A stretch of DNA of 64,000 nt from Mobula hypostoma (lineage: Eukaryota), in assembly GCF_963921235.1 (NCBI RefSeq), contig NC_086097.1, positions 121,832,001 through 121,896,000 on the forward strand, read 5' to 3'. Under the pieces are notes generated by a model, which saw nothing but the letters and a program-made list of their open reading frames with translations, did no database searches and was not told the DNA's origin. The stretch's first letter is position 1. The number at the start of each line of letters is the position of its first letter. Below are positions 1 to 11,829 of this stretch, piece after piece. The position numbers and the translations under genes are program-made.

Positions 1-206
1 TCTGTCTGCTTTAAATCTGTAGGATAGAAACCAGTTACTCCAGGAGATTGCCTGGTTTAATATTTGCTTTCTTGGCCTGTCTATCACACTCGGCTTTTCC
101 TTTACTGGGAATATTAATATCACACAATTATGTAATGTATTCAATTCCATAACTAACTAATTTGCTAGCTGCTGCACTATCTGGCCTGGGATCCATAATC
201 TGTGAC

Positions 207-518
207 AGTACATCATCCAGGACATGCCCTCTTCTCTTGCTACCATCAAGAAGGAGGTACAGGAACCTGAAGGCACACACTCAACGATTCAGGAGCTGCT
301 TCTTTCCATCAGCCATTTGATTTCTCATTGGACGTTGAACCCATGAACACTACCTCGCTACCTTTTTTCTTTTTTTGCACTACTTATTTAATTTAACTGT
401 TTTTAATATGTATCTCTTACTGTAAATTGCAGTTTTTATTATTATGCATTGCAAAGTACTGCTGCCACAAAACAACAAATTTCACAACGTGTGCTAGTGA
501 TAATAAACCTGATTCTGA
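207..518 (+). mobile_element. Rex/Babar-like LINE 3' fragment
   Basis: Contains the motif catccaggacatgccctcttctc...ccatcaagaaggaggtacagga and the tail aataaacctgattctga, shared with many copies in the window (e.g. 24965-25340, 62330-62830). Boundaries approximate. Confidence 0.7.
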
Positions 519-904
519 TATTACACCATAAGTTAAGGAGCAGAGTTAGGCCATTCAGTGCATCAATGCTGCTCTGATCATGGCTGATATGCCAACTTTC
601 TTCAGGACTGTAGATGAATCAGAGGCAATATTAAATCATGTTGCTTCTAAATCCTGAATTAAGCAAAATCATTTCATTATCTTACTGAAAATCCTCACAG
701 TATCTTTGTCAGTCCTGGGTGTGGCCACACACATGTGATTTCCAGTGGGTTCCTTTCTCCATGTCATCCTGAAGACTGTTGACGCTATTATTCCAAATGA
801 CCTCAACCAAGGTGTTAACCACAAATAAAACCTTAAAGGTAAGGTTTAGTACAACTTAGTCTTTATCTGTAGTCAAGTTACTTTGGTATGCCGGCATACA
901 ATTA

Positions 905-1170
905 GATCAAAGTTCAACCAAATTTGTTATCAAAATACATATATGTCACCATATACTACTTTGAGATTCACAGGAGGACAAATAAATACAACAGAATCAA
1001 TGAAAAACTACACAAAAAGGCTGAAAAACAACTTTGTGCGAAAGAAGGCTGACGATGCAAATATTGCTAATGATAATAATAAATGCATAATACTGAGAAC
1101 ATGAGTGTAGAGTCATTGAAAATTAGTTTATAGATTGTGGAGTCAGTTCAGTGTTGAGGTGAGTGAAGTT
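905..1170 (-). mobile_element. Rex/Babar-like LINE 3' UTR fragment
   Basis: Reverse complement of the recurrent tail tatggtgacatatatgtactttgataataaatttactttgaac. Confidence 0.65.
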
Positions 1171-1671
1171 AATTCCACATTTGAGTCACTGCTTACTCAT
1201 CATATTAAAACACAAGATTTAAAACACTTTGACTTTAAGTTCTGGCAGGGTTCACTCCGATCGGGTTTGTAAACTTCTCTGGGTTCTAAACACAAATGTC
1301 TTCCTTCTGTAATGGTTGTTTCCAAGTTATCACCACCGACATTCTTGATGGTTGTCCTTTTATCCTGTTTCTTCTGATTTTCTAGATAATTAATTGGTGT
1401 ACCCCTGCCTGGAATGTCATGATTGGAGGCCATTGTATTCTTTTTTTCCCTTCTTAATTTCGTGACCTGGGGCTCCTTTCAGGTTGAGTAAACTTCCACA
1501 ATTGGAGACTGCTGTTTGGTTCCAACCTGTGTCTTACCAGGTTAGAGAATTCATGTTTTACATAAATTCCTGGATAATTTCTTTTCCCAGAATTCATGTA
1601 AAGATGACTTCTGTTCCCATCATGTTCTAGAAGATTCAGACTTCACTTTAACCAAACTGCTTTCTAGTTCA

Positions 1672-3720
1672 TAAACACAAGAGATTCCACTGGAAATCCA
1701 TGGCTTCCTCTATTGATACGATGAAGTCATCCTAATGTTAGAGGAGAGATACTTCATCTGAATAGCCTCCAACTTGAACGCATGAACATTGATTTCTCTA
1801 AATTCTGGTAATTTCTAACCCCCCCCCCCCCACCCCTTGCACACACTCTCTCTTTTTCAATTCCCTATTGGACTCAACTCTGAAATCTTCTCTTTTCACC
1901 TGCCCATCACTTCACTCTGGTACCCCTCCTCTTCCCCTTTCTGGCATGATCCACTCTCCTTATTGATTACTTCCTCAGCTTTTTAGCCCTTCCACTTATC
2001 TTCTTCTAGTCATGTTCAGTTGTAGTTGTAGACCAATGTAAGATGCATTACCGCCACCTACTGGCCATTACTCAAGCACACCAAATATTTTTTCTTCCAG
2101 TAAGTCTTCCTCCGCAATCTTTTCATATTTGTGTCACTATAACCTCACATAGTACTATGAGTATTAAAACCCCTGACCATTAGCTAACAAACCTCTAGCA
2201 TTACATAAACAAGAGAAAATCTGCAGATGCTGGAAATCCAAGCAGCACACACAAAAAATGCTGGAGGAACTCAGCAGGCCAGGCAGCATCTGTGGAAAAG
2301 AGTACAGTCAACCTTCTGGATACAATTTTATTTTTCTTTTCTGTCCTACTTTTAGTTTGTACTGTACAATTTACCACATCTGCCATGAAAGTAACAAATA
2401 TTAGTTTATCAAAAATCAATGAATTCTTTGTTATAAAATCATGCATTTTACACACTAACCTATCCGTCTTCCAGATATTAGTAGGTTTCATTGACACTAT
2501 CTCCCGTACTTTCTGAAGAGTCTCTGCATATGAATTGTCCATTTCTACTCAAACACACTGTACTTCCACACCTTTCTTGTCCACAGGACACGCTGCATAA
2601 TCAAAATTATGTTCACCTCCACCTTTGCTACATTTTGGCCGAATGTCTTCTCCACAATTACCATAATCATGTTCTCAACCACATCTACAACAACTGCTTT
2701 TTATCCTTATACACAGCTGCTACACGACCAAACTTCTGGCACTGCAAACATCTCAGGAGGGACAGCACATAGCTCATATATAACTCATATAGGCTAAATT
2801 AACCCTACCCGGCAACTTATTTTCCATCAAATTTATTCAACACCAATTCTTATTCTTATTCCACCATGAAACCCCTTTAAAACATATAGCATCTACAAAT
2901 TTACCCCAACCCCCCCACCTCCCTAACTAAATTATTTTAAACTTGGTCCATGGATACATCTAGAGGCACTCCTGTAATTACTCCCCAAAGTTGCTGTCAT
3001 TCAATAAAATTCCTTGGTGTTACTTTTCTTCCTCCCAAAGCTTTTAACCCTTAATCTTTCTCATGTTGCTCACCATTTTCACAAAACACCAAGAATTCCC
3101 CATCTCTTAAAGGTCTTGTACCCACAGTATCTCTTAACATTTCTTGAAAATCCTTAGTTAATCTAAAAGGAATGATATCAGAAACCAGTTCACATTCAAA
3201 ACTCATCCTTCATTACATTATTTAAATCCTGTCTACTGCCTTCATCACTGGATGATAAGCCACTACAATCTTCAATTTGCTGTCTTATTTTTACATTCCC
3301 GAGAAACCTGCAACTTGTTTTCCTCCATACAACTTCTATCACTCAATACCATCTCCCGTTCACTACCTCTGTCTTTTTCCTCACTTCCTGGCATCTCTAC
3401 CTCACAATCCTCAACTGAAACCCTATATCTAACTCTGCACTCATGCCTCCTTCAAGGAATATCATGATCTCTTCCGCATTTCGCCTCCCAGCTTCTCACT
3501 TCATCCCCCTCATCCACCCACACACCTTTCAGATTACCTGGCTTCCCTTATCACTTGCCAGCTGGTATTAATTCCCCTCCCTCATCTTCTTATTCTGGCC
3601 TTTTTCCCCTTCCTTTCCTGCCCTTTGAGGAATTTCAGCCAGAAACATTGACTGTTTATTCATTTCCATAGACACTGCCTGACCTATTGGGTCCCCAGCA
3701 TTTTGTATGTGTTGCTTTCT
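1672..3720 (+). mobile_element. Penelope-like element 3' end (GIY-YIG C-terminal remnant plus terminus), split by a Nimb-like insertion at about 2000-3470
   Basis: 1700-1810 resembles a decayed PLE C-terminus (tagcctccaac...atgaacattgatttctc). The pyrimidine-rich tail breaks near 2000 and resumes near 3480 (cctcccagcttctcacttcatc), ending in a degenerate hammerhead-bearing terminus at about 3620-3715. Confidence 0.6.
2000..3470 (-). mobile_element. Nimb/I-clade LINE remnant: decayed ORF1 with zinc knuckles joined to the 3' end
   Basis: Minus-strand translation at about 2580-2770 gives LRCLQCQKFGRVAAV, CCRCG*EHDYGNC and KCSKGGGEHNFDYAACP, i.e. three degenerate CCHC-type knuckles. The 3' end reads cagtaggtggcggtaatgca...agaagaaga. 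Confidence 0.6.
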
Positions 3721-3749
3721 ACCTGATTCTCACTTTATTAGTGATCATT

Positions 3750-4200
3750 TATAGGGGCGGTTGCACTTTGCCTCACATTCAACAGATTTATGACCATAAA
3801 AATAATGCAATGTTTGATTGAGCTTTGACGTAGCCACAGTGAGGTGTGTCGGAAAACTGAAAGATCTTCTATTTCCGGTAATGGAACATGCTGGGAACCT
3901 TACAGTGTGGGAGCAGCAAACCGGGCCCGCTGAGACAAAGACATGCACACTCAAAAGCCTGTGCGCAAAAGAGAATGCCTCCTGCGTGGAGGAGGCCCAA
4001 TTGATTCATCGCGCTATCCATCAGCCGCGTGCACACTCGCCACAGTCTCGCAATCGATCTGATACGGTACTGGATGCAGGAATTAGAAAATGACCCAATC
4101 AGGTGTTTACAAGAATCAAAATAGAAGGGCCAATTCTGTTTGCAGAGTGTGAGATAAGTAATATGTTATTTTGGAACCCCCCGCCGCCCCCGCCGTAACC
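3750..4200. promoter_or_regulatory. CpG-enriched unique segment with clustered CRE-like, IRF-E and GAS motifs and GC boxes (candidate enhancer or promoter)
   Basis: TGACGTA 3826-3832, GAAAACTGAAAG 3852-3863, TTCCGGTAA 3873-3881, GGGGCGG near 3754 and CCCCGCCGCCCCCGCC near 4178. CpG is visibly denser than in the flanks. Confidence 0.35.
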
Positions 4201-4821
4201 ACCCTCTCCCGTTTCTCCAATCCACAATCCTGCTACTGTTAAGAACTCACAACTCCTCCTGCAATGATTTAATTCTTTTAGGTGTTGGTGGTGGCGGTGG
4301 GGATGTCTTAAGATAGACAAATCCATTGTCAACAATAGCAATCACTTACCCTTGTTGTTGAGAGGTCCATGGACCCATGGATACTACTGGACTATTTGGC
4401 TCTCCTTTTGCACCATTTTGATCTTTGATCTATTGCCTTGTACTGATGCCACAAAACAATGAATTTTGTGACATATATCAGTGATAATAAGCCTGATTCT
4501 GATTCCGTGCTGAAGACCAGACGATGGTTATGCAGAGTTCGTTATTTTAAGGAACGTAGGAAGTAAAGCACTGCAAAGGGAAGTGGCAAGATAGATATGG
4601 ACCATGTTAGGTATCAATTATTCTGAACAGAAGATCTTAAAAAAGCCTTTTTTACTTGCACCTGTACAATCTTAAACCATTTTCACCTCAACAGGACGGA
4701 ATTCTGGATTTTGACCTCGGCTGGCTTTTCTGTGATATGAGCTGTTGGTTCAATAATGTGCTCTGTCACATTAATATTTGCAAAGTGACTTCTGAACTAT
4801 GATGATTTAATTGTTCTATAG

Positions 4822-4848
4822 GAGCTGGAGCAGCAATAAAACCTCATG
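4822..4848 (+). CDS. CD226: Candidate 27-nt stalk micro-exon of the CD226-like receptor ((G)AGAAIKPH)
   Basis: ttgttctatag acceptor and gtaaaa donor. Phase 1-1 and in frame with the transmembrane exon at 5553. Confidence 0.45.
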
Positions 4849-4901
4849 GTAAAAACAAAATAAATGCCCACAGCTCCAGCAAATCAAACCTTGCGATATA
4901 G

Positions 4902-5485
4902 ACCATAAGACCATAAAACACTGGAGCAGAATTAGGTCATTTGGCCTATAAAATCTGCTCTGCTATTGCATAATGGGTGCTATATTACCCCTCTCAAATC
5001 CGTTATCCTGCCTTCTTCCGTAATCTTTCATACCCTTACTAATCAAGAACCTATCAACCTCCGCTTTAATTATACCCAATGTCTTGGCTTTCACAGCTGT
5101 CTGTGGGATTGAATTCCACAGATTCATCATTCTCTGTCTAAATACATTTTTTCTCATCTCTTTTCTAAAGGGACATCCTCCTGTTCTAAGGCTGTGCCCC
5201 TAGTCCTAGACTCCACCCCCCCCACCCCACCCCCACTGCAGGAAACATCCTCTCAATGCCCACCTTACCTAGGCCTTTCGATATTCAACAGGTTTCAATG
5301 AAATTCTCTCTCGTTCTTCTAATGCCCAGCAAGTACAGGCCCCAACATTAACCCTTTTATTCCTGAGATTATTTTTGTGAACCTCCTCTGGACCCTCTCC
5401 AATGTCAGTACATCCTTTCTTAGACAAGGGGTCCAGAACTGCTTGCAATACTCCAAGTGAGGTCTGACCAATGCCTTTTTAAGCA
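4902..5485 (-). mobile_element. CR1 LINE 3' fragment (decayed)
   Basis: ORF pieces [11 protein letters not shown] and NLWNSIPQ, with a gaccataagaccataa tail repeat. Confidence 0.85.
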
Positions 5486-5552
5486 TTGTTTGACAGGTAA
5501 TGCCTTCCACCACTTACTTGGTATATAACATACTTTTTATCTTTATTTACAG

Positions 5553-5631
5553 GCAATGAAATGCTTCTGGTTATCAGTGCAGTTGCTGTTGGGATCCTTT
5601 TCTTGATATTGATCGTTGGCTGTGTGTGGAG
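5553..5631 (+). CDS. CD226: Transmembrane exon of a single-pass immune receptor ((G)NEMLLVISAVAVGILFLILIVGCVW(R))
   Basis: Strong acceptor tttttatctttatttacag and donor gtatgt. 79 nt, phase 1-2, encoding a hydrophobic stretch of about 23 residues. Confidence 0.8.
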
Positions 5632-5728
5632 GTATGTGTTCTCTGATTTTTCATAAATTAAGTCTGGAAATAGATTAGTGAAAATGATTAATTAGTATCA
5701 TACTAATGTATCTTATTCTTTTCATCAG

Positions 5729-5789
5729 GAGAAAGAAATGGAAGAGGGCTAAAAGAGTGTTAAAAAGCAAGAGCACCGAAAGAAATCAG
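5729..5789 (+). CDS. CD226: Juxtamembrane cytoplasmic exon ((R)RKKWKRAKRVLKSKSTERNQ)
   Basis: Preceded by a 97-nt intron with branch point tactaat (5701) and acceptor ttcttttcatcag. Phase 2 continues the TM frame into a polybasic stop-transfer segment. The probable donor is CAG|GCAAGA. Confidence 0.75.
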
Positions 5790-5804
5790 GCAAGACAGCA
5801 CTTG

Positions 5805-6042
5805 TTCTTTAACCAGAGGGTGGTGAATCTGTGGAATTCACTGCCGCAGATGGCCGTGGAGGCACGTCATTGGGTTTATTTAAAGCGGAGGGTGATTGGT
5901 TCTAAATTAGGGAGGCTGCAAAAGGTTACGGAGAGAAGGCAGGAGAATAGAGTTCCAAGTGATAATATATCAGCCATGACGGAATAGCAGAACAGACTAG
6001 ATGGACTGAATGGCCTAATTTGCTCTCATGTCTTATGGTCTT
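5805..6042 (+). mobile_element. CR1 LINE 3' fragment
   Basis: FFNQRVVNLWNSLPQ motif followed by a CR1 3' UTR (gaatggcctaat...tcttatggtctta). Confidence 0.85.
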
Positions 6043-6337
6043 ATAATTATAATCTGCTAGCATAAATTTAATGATGAGCTACATCAACTTATAATTATTA
6101 TTTGTAATTTAAGAATGAGTTTCTTCATGTAAATAAATGAAAAAATGCACACTTATTGCACAAGAAGCACTCTAATCCTAACCCGCATATTTATGTAACA
6201 GGTATCCATTGAAATAGGGGAGTAGGCATAGCTTACTGTACTGCTGTTTCAATGTTTAAGTAGATTGAAATACAAATCAAATTTTTATTTTTATCAGTTG
6301 TGTTTGCTGTTGTTAAGTTTATCAATAATAAGACTAA

Positions 6338-8252
6338 TAGTGGAGCCTAGGACCAGAGGGCACAGTTCAGAATAAAAGGACCTCCTCTTAGAACAGTGAT
6401 GAAGAGGAATTTCTTTAGCCAGAGGGCGGTGAATGTGTGCAATTCATGGCTACAGGTGGCTGTACAGGCCAGGTCATTGGGTATATTTAACTGGAGATTG
6501 ATTGGTTACTGATTAGTAAGGGTGTCAAAGGTTACATGGAGAAGGCAGGAAAATGGGGTTGAGGTGGATAATAAATCAGCCATGATGGAATAGCAGAGCC
6601 AACTTGATAGGCCAAATAGCTTAATTCTGCTCCTGGTACTAGAAAGTTTGAGAACCCCTTAGAATTTTCTCTATTTCTGCATAAATATGACCTACAATAT
6701 GATCAGATCTTCACTTAAATCCTAAAACTAGATAAAAAGAACCCAATTAAATAAATAACACAAAACATTATATTTGTTCATTTATTTATTGAGAATAATG
6801 ATCGAATACTACACGTATTTGCTGGAAAAAGTATGTGAACCTTTGCTTTCAAGAATTGATGTGTTCCCCTTGTACAGCAGTAACTTCAACCAAATGTTTC
6901 CTGTAACTGTTGATCAGTCCTGTACATTGGCTTGGAGGAAGTTTAGACCATTCCTCCATGCAAAACCTTATTGATATACATCAATATTTCTAGGATACCC
7001 TACATGAACAGCCCTCTTCGGATGATGCCACAGCATCTCAATTGTGTTAAGATCTGGACTCTGACTTGGCCATTTCAACACATGAATTTTCTTCTTTTTA
7101 AACCATTCTGTTTTTGATTTATTCTTGGCTTTCAGATCATTGTCTTGTTGTATCATTCAAGTTCTATTAAGCTTCAGGTGCTGGACTGCTACCCTGACAC
7201 TCTCCTGTAAAATGTCTTGGTACAATTTTGAATTTATTGTTCCCTCAACAATTTCAAGCTGTCCAGGCACTGAGGCAGCAAAGCAGCCCCAAACCGAGAT
7301 GCTCCTTCCACCATGCTTCAGAGCTGGGATGAGGTTTTGGTGTCGGCGTGCAGTGCCCTTTTTCCTCCAAACATAGCAGTGTATATTTCTGCCAAAAAGT
7401 TCAACTTTTGTCTCCTCTGCACACATAATATTGTCTCAGAAGCATTAGGGAACAGCCAGGTGGTCTTTGCAAACTTCCGACATGCAGCGATATTTTGTTT
7501 GGAGAGCAATGATTTCCTCCATGGTGTCTTCCATAAACACCATTCTTGTTCAGTGCTTTTCTTATAGTGAACACATAAACAGAGACTTCAGCAAGTTCTA
7601 GAGATTTCTGCAGGTCTTTTTCTGTTACCCTTGGGTTCTTTTTCACTTCCTTCACATTGCTTGTTGTGCTCTTGGTGTGATCTTTGCAGGACGCCCACTC
7701 CTAGGGAGAGTAGCAACAGTACTGAACTTCCTCGACTTGGAGACAATTTCTCTTGCTGTGGACTAATGAACACTCAGGTCTTTAGAAATGCTTTTGCAGC
7801 CTTTTCCAGCTTCATGCATTGCAACAATTCTTCTAAGATTCTCTGAAAGTTGTTTTGCTCGAGGCATGGTGTACATAAAAGAGATCTTTCTTGAGAAGCA
7901 CAGGTCCTGTCAGTAATCTGACTTTGTGTGTCTTCTTTAAAGGGCAGGGCACCTCTACAGCCCACACCTCCAATCTCATCTCATTGATTGGAGCACCTGA
8001 CTCCAAATAGCTTTTGTAGAAGGCATTACCCCAGAGGTTCATATACTTTTTTGAACCTAGACTGCAATTGTGTAAATGGTGTTGACAAGAATATGTAAAA
8101 CCATGTGCTATTATTTGAGGCAGATTTTGTTTGTCTATTATTGTGACTTAGATGAAGATCAGACCACATTTTATGCGCAATTAATGCAGAAAACCAGGTA
8201 ATTGCAAAGGGTTCACAAGTGTTTTCTTGCAACTGTATGTCTCATGGTCTTA
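6338..8252 (+). mobile_element. CR1 3' fragment whose tail is interrupted by a Tc1 element
   Basis: CR1 sequence at 6338-6634 ends ...aattctgctcct and its tail resumes as tatgtctcatggtctta at 8236. Confidence 0.75.
6635..8235 (-). mobile_element. Tc1/mariner DNA transposon, near full length (about 1.6 kb), transposase frameshifted
   Basis: Minus-strand pieces VKKNPRVT, ETKVELFG, KHGGRSISVWGCF, QQDNDLK and WPSQSPDLNTIEMLW (Tc1 DD34E region). Long imperfect inverted termini with inner direct repeats (aaaaagtatgtgaacc near 6827, ggttcatatactttt near 8036). The right end is ctg followed by TA. Confidence 0.92.
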
Positions 8253-8759
8253 TTTGGAAGAACCTTAATGGGGCTGCACTTAGTTCCTAACACCAAACAG
8301 TGCATTTTTAGAAATCATCAAAGTGAGTATGAAGATGCTTGATAAAAGTTTCTCAGTATTTAGAAACAATTAATCCCACAGATAGTGACTTCTGAATAAA
8401 ATAAGCGTAATATAAATATTAACATTTAGAAGAGCATGTTCCATTAATCCCATCGTGTAAAGAGTCTTGTGAAAATGGCAGACTTAGAAATGCTGAACTC
8501 TGCATTGCCCAAGATATCACTCTTCATGTTGTGAAGAGTCCAATGTTTTGCTCAATGTTGATAAGGTATTGGATGGCCAAGGTAGGGGCAGCAACAAGGA
8601 ACATGCTATATCACTCTGGAGCCAATGGGACCTGGTTTAGCAGAGGTGAAGCATGCTGATATCACAGACCAAGGGTTAACAGAACATCTGTATTTTCCAA
8701 CAGATCATTTCTCATGCAAGATATAATCTATTCTGTCTAATCTTTAGAATAGGATCAAC

Positions 8760-9560
8760 TTTAGGATCAGATTCATCTGCCACATAAACTTGCATGTATT
8801 AGGAATTTGCTTTGATGTGTTGACGTCATGTGCAACCAAAAAATCATTCAAGAATTATATAAAATAATGTTAGAAGAATTATATAAAATAATGTTAGAAG
8901 TACAGATATGGAATAAAATGTGTATAAATACATAAATATCAGTATGTAGTTACAATGTAAATAGCATTAGAAAAAGTGTTTTAAAGTGTGTACAATGCAG
9001 CGTAGTGACTGGAGTAATAGGAGTGAGTGTGGGGGGGGGGGTCTATCTAGAATGGTTGATCAGGTTAACCTGGTGGAATGAGGGAAGAAACTTTAAAGAT
9101 GGTATGAAGATTTTGTTTTAATAACTCTATAGCACTTTTCAGAAGAGAGCTTTTTGGAAAAAACATTTTGCAGGCTGGGCAGTGTCTACTATGATTCTCC
9201 CTCCCTGCTTTGTCCTGGACACAGGCAGGTCTAACAGTGATGGTAGACTGCAGCCAAAGTCCTTTTTCTGCTCTGTAGTTTTTGTGTATTGTGAGGGGAC
9301 GCTGCACCAAACCAGACGGTAATGTCTGATGTGACGATGCTCTCTATGTTGGCAGGGTAGAATTGCACTGTATGTTTGGAGGAAATTGGAATTTTACCAG
9401 CTGATGCAGGAAGTGCATGGTCTGCTGAACCTTTTCATTGCTGAAGGAGATGTGGTTCTCCCACATGAGGTCCTGGGAAATAATGATGCCCAGGAACCTG
9501 AACGTTGAAGCGGTGCTAACCGTAGAGATGTTGATGATGAGGAGACACATTTCTCCTGAT
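8760..9560 (-). mobile_element. Rex/Babar-like LINE 3' fragment
   Basis: Minus-strand TFRFLGIIISQDLMWENHI (ORF 9344-9565), followed by the tail ctgatcctaaa. Includes a 24-bp tandem duplication at 8851-8898. Confidence 0.7.
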
Positions 9561-9890
9561 GTCAATCTGCATTTTCAGTGTTATTGTATTTGTTACAAAA
9601 TGAAGAATCTATCTTGTTCAGGGTGGAAATACAACAGACCTGGGGCAAAATCACCAAGGGTGATTACCTATTGATATTTATGGTGGGCATAAAGAAGTTG
9701 GCACATGAAGTACTTTTGAAGTGAGACTTCAGCAGTCTACCCCTTGGTAAAAACCTGATGGACCACTGACGGTGCAAGTTCTGACACCAAAGGGCATCAA
9801 AATCAATAATACTGGGCTTGATCCTGGAATGTCTCAGCAGTATTCCAAAGCTGGAATGTTTTTGGAAAATAGCCTGACGATATTAATGAA

Positions 9891-10217
9891 GACCATAAGA
9901 CAAGGGAGCAGAATAAGACCACTTGGCCTATCGATTTTGCTTCGCCATTCCATCAAGGCTGATTTATTACCCAATTAACTACCTTCTGCCCATAACCTTT
10001 GAAGCCCTTACTAATCAAGAGCCTATCAACCTCCAGCTTTAAATAGACCCAATGATTTGGCCTCCACAGCCATCTGTGGCAATGAATTCTGCAGATTTTG
10101 CACTCTCTGATTCCTCCTCATCTCTGTTTGAAATGGACATCTTTCTATTCTGAGGCTGTGCCCTCTGGTCCTAGACTCGTCCACTGTAGGAAACATCATC
10201 CCCACATCCGCTCTAAG
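9891..10217 (-). mobile_element. CR1 3' fragment
   Basis: ESRTRGHSLRI motif and gaccataagac tail. Confidence 0.8.
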
Positions 10218-10339
10218 TAAATTCTGAGATAAGGAAAATGAAAATTGAAAATAGTGCATATCTGGAATAGAAACAGAAAAATGCTAGTGATACTGAGCAG
10301 GTGTTTGTGAAAGGACCACTGAATCAGTGATTGAGATCA

Positions 10340-10670
10340 ATGATGACGAGAGGCATAGATAGAGCAGACAGACAATATCTTTTTCCCAGGGTTGAAATGT
10401 CTAATACCAGAGGGCATGCATTAAAGGTGGGAGGGGGTCATTTCAAAGGAGATGTGATGGGCAAGTTTTTTGCACAGGGTGAGTGTTTGGAATGTGCTGC
10501 GTGGGCTAGTGGTAGAGGCAGATACATTAGGGACTTTTAAGAGATGGTTAGATAGGAAAATGGAAAATGGAAAGATGGTGTAGGCAGAAGAGATTAGTTT
10601 AGTTAGCCATTTGATTATGAATTTAATTGGTTAGGCATAACATTGTAGGCCAAAGAGCCTGTTTGTGAGC
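10340..10670 (+). mobile_element. CR1 3' fragment (older subfamily)
   Basis: RGIDR...LFPRVEMSNTRGHALKV motif. Confidence 0.75.
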
Positions 10671-10758
10671 AGGCCCTTTGGCCTACAGTGTCATGCCTAA
10701 CTGATTAAATTCAGTGCTGGAAGACTGAGGTGGAGTACATTGTTCATGAGAACATAAG

Positions 10759-11070
10759 GGGATGGCACGGTAGCATAGCGGTTAGCTAAATCGCTTTGCA
10801 GAGCTAGCGATCACCAATCAGGGTTCAATTCCCGCAGCTGTCTGTAAGGATCCCTCTGGGTGCTTCAGTTTCCTACCACAGTGCAAAGGATCATGGTTAG
10901 GGTTGGTGAGCTGGTGACATGTATTGTTGGTGTCAGAAGTATGGTGACACTAGTGGCCTGCCCTAAGCACAACCCTCACTCTGGGAGGGTTGGTCGTTGA
11001 CGCAAAAAGATGCATTTCACTGTACGTTTTGATATTTCGATGTACATGTGACAAATAAAGCTAATCTAAT
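10759..11070 (+). mobile_element. tRNA-derived SINE
   Basis: A-box-like ggtagcatagcggttagc, B-box-like gggttcaattccc, and tail gatgtacatgtgacaaataaagctaatc. Related copies at about 36955-37180 and 54430-54750 (+), and about 29915-30070 and 51285-51420 (-). Confidence 0.75.
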
Positions 11071-11829
11071 GTAAGAATAGGCAAGACAATCCCACAAATG
11101 TGCTTTGCCATTTATATGCTGTTCTTTCCCTTCATCCACATAACACCCAATCCCTAAATCCTTTGACTATCCATATCTTATTAAAGTCAGTGTCCAAGGG
11201 AACAAATTTCATTCAGCCCATAGTGGGATCAACGGCATTGTCTTAGGGATCCACAAAACACTCATCGACTGCTTTATTGGAACCTTTGTTTTCTGTCTGA
11301 AATGCAATGATGTTGCCTTGAGTGTGAGCTGCAGAAGTTAATGAAAAACTAATTTAATCCAACGGCCAGATGCCACATGCTGGAAGGCAATGAATAGTTG
11401 ATGCACCAACAGGCAAGTGGTGAGAGCACCCAGCTCTTATCATTTTTTCTCAACGTAATGAAGTATCGGCTGTCGTGGTTGCCCAACTGCCTGAGGTCGT
11501 TCATTTTCTGAACTCCGACATGCCGAATTAGCTGAGATGCCACAGCTATTCCTCACACATTCCAAAGGCATATGGTTAGGGGAAAAATCATCCTGGTTCT
11601 GAGTATTAACTGTGTTCTAGAAAACTCTGTCATTAGTACATCTGTGGAGTGTTCAGCGAGATCTTAGAAGCTCAAGAAAAAGGGGGTGAGGTAGGCACCA
11701 GGACCCTTCAACCGGTGCCAGCGTTGAACAAGATCATGCCAGATCTAGCCCTCCTGAAATTGATCCCTATGGCCCTCAATCTCTCAAAAAGCAATTTATC
11801 TTCATTTTATTTTCTTTATTTTATGAAGA

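Noticed and set aside
1200..1670. Minus-strand ORF-like segment
   Set aside because: Contains stops when extended and shows only a faint resemblance to an L1-type ORF1, too weak to call.
3818..4093. 91-aa ORF as an Ig-domain exon of the receptor
   Set aside because: No Ig V-set pattern (spaced Cys, Trp, D-x-G-x-Y-x-C) and no convincing splice sites.
8851..8898. 24-bp perfect tandem duplication
   Set aside because: Simple slippage within a LINE 3' UTR with no sign of function.
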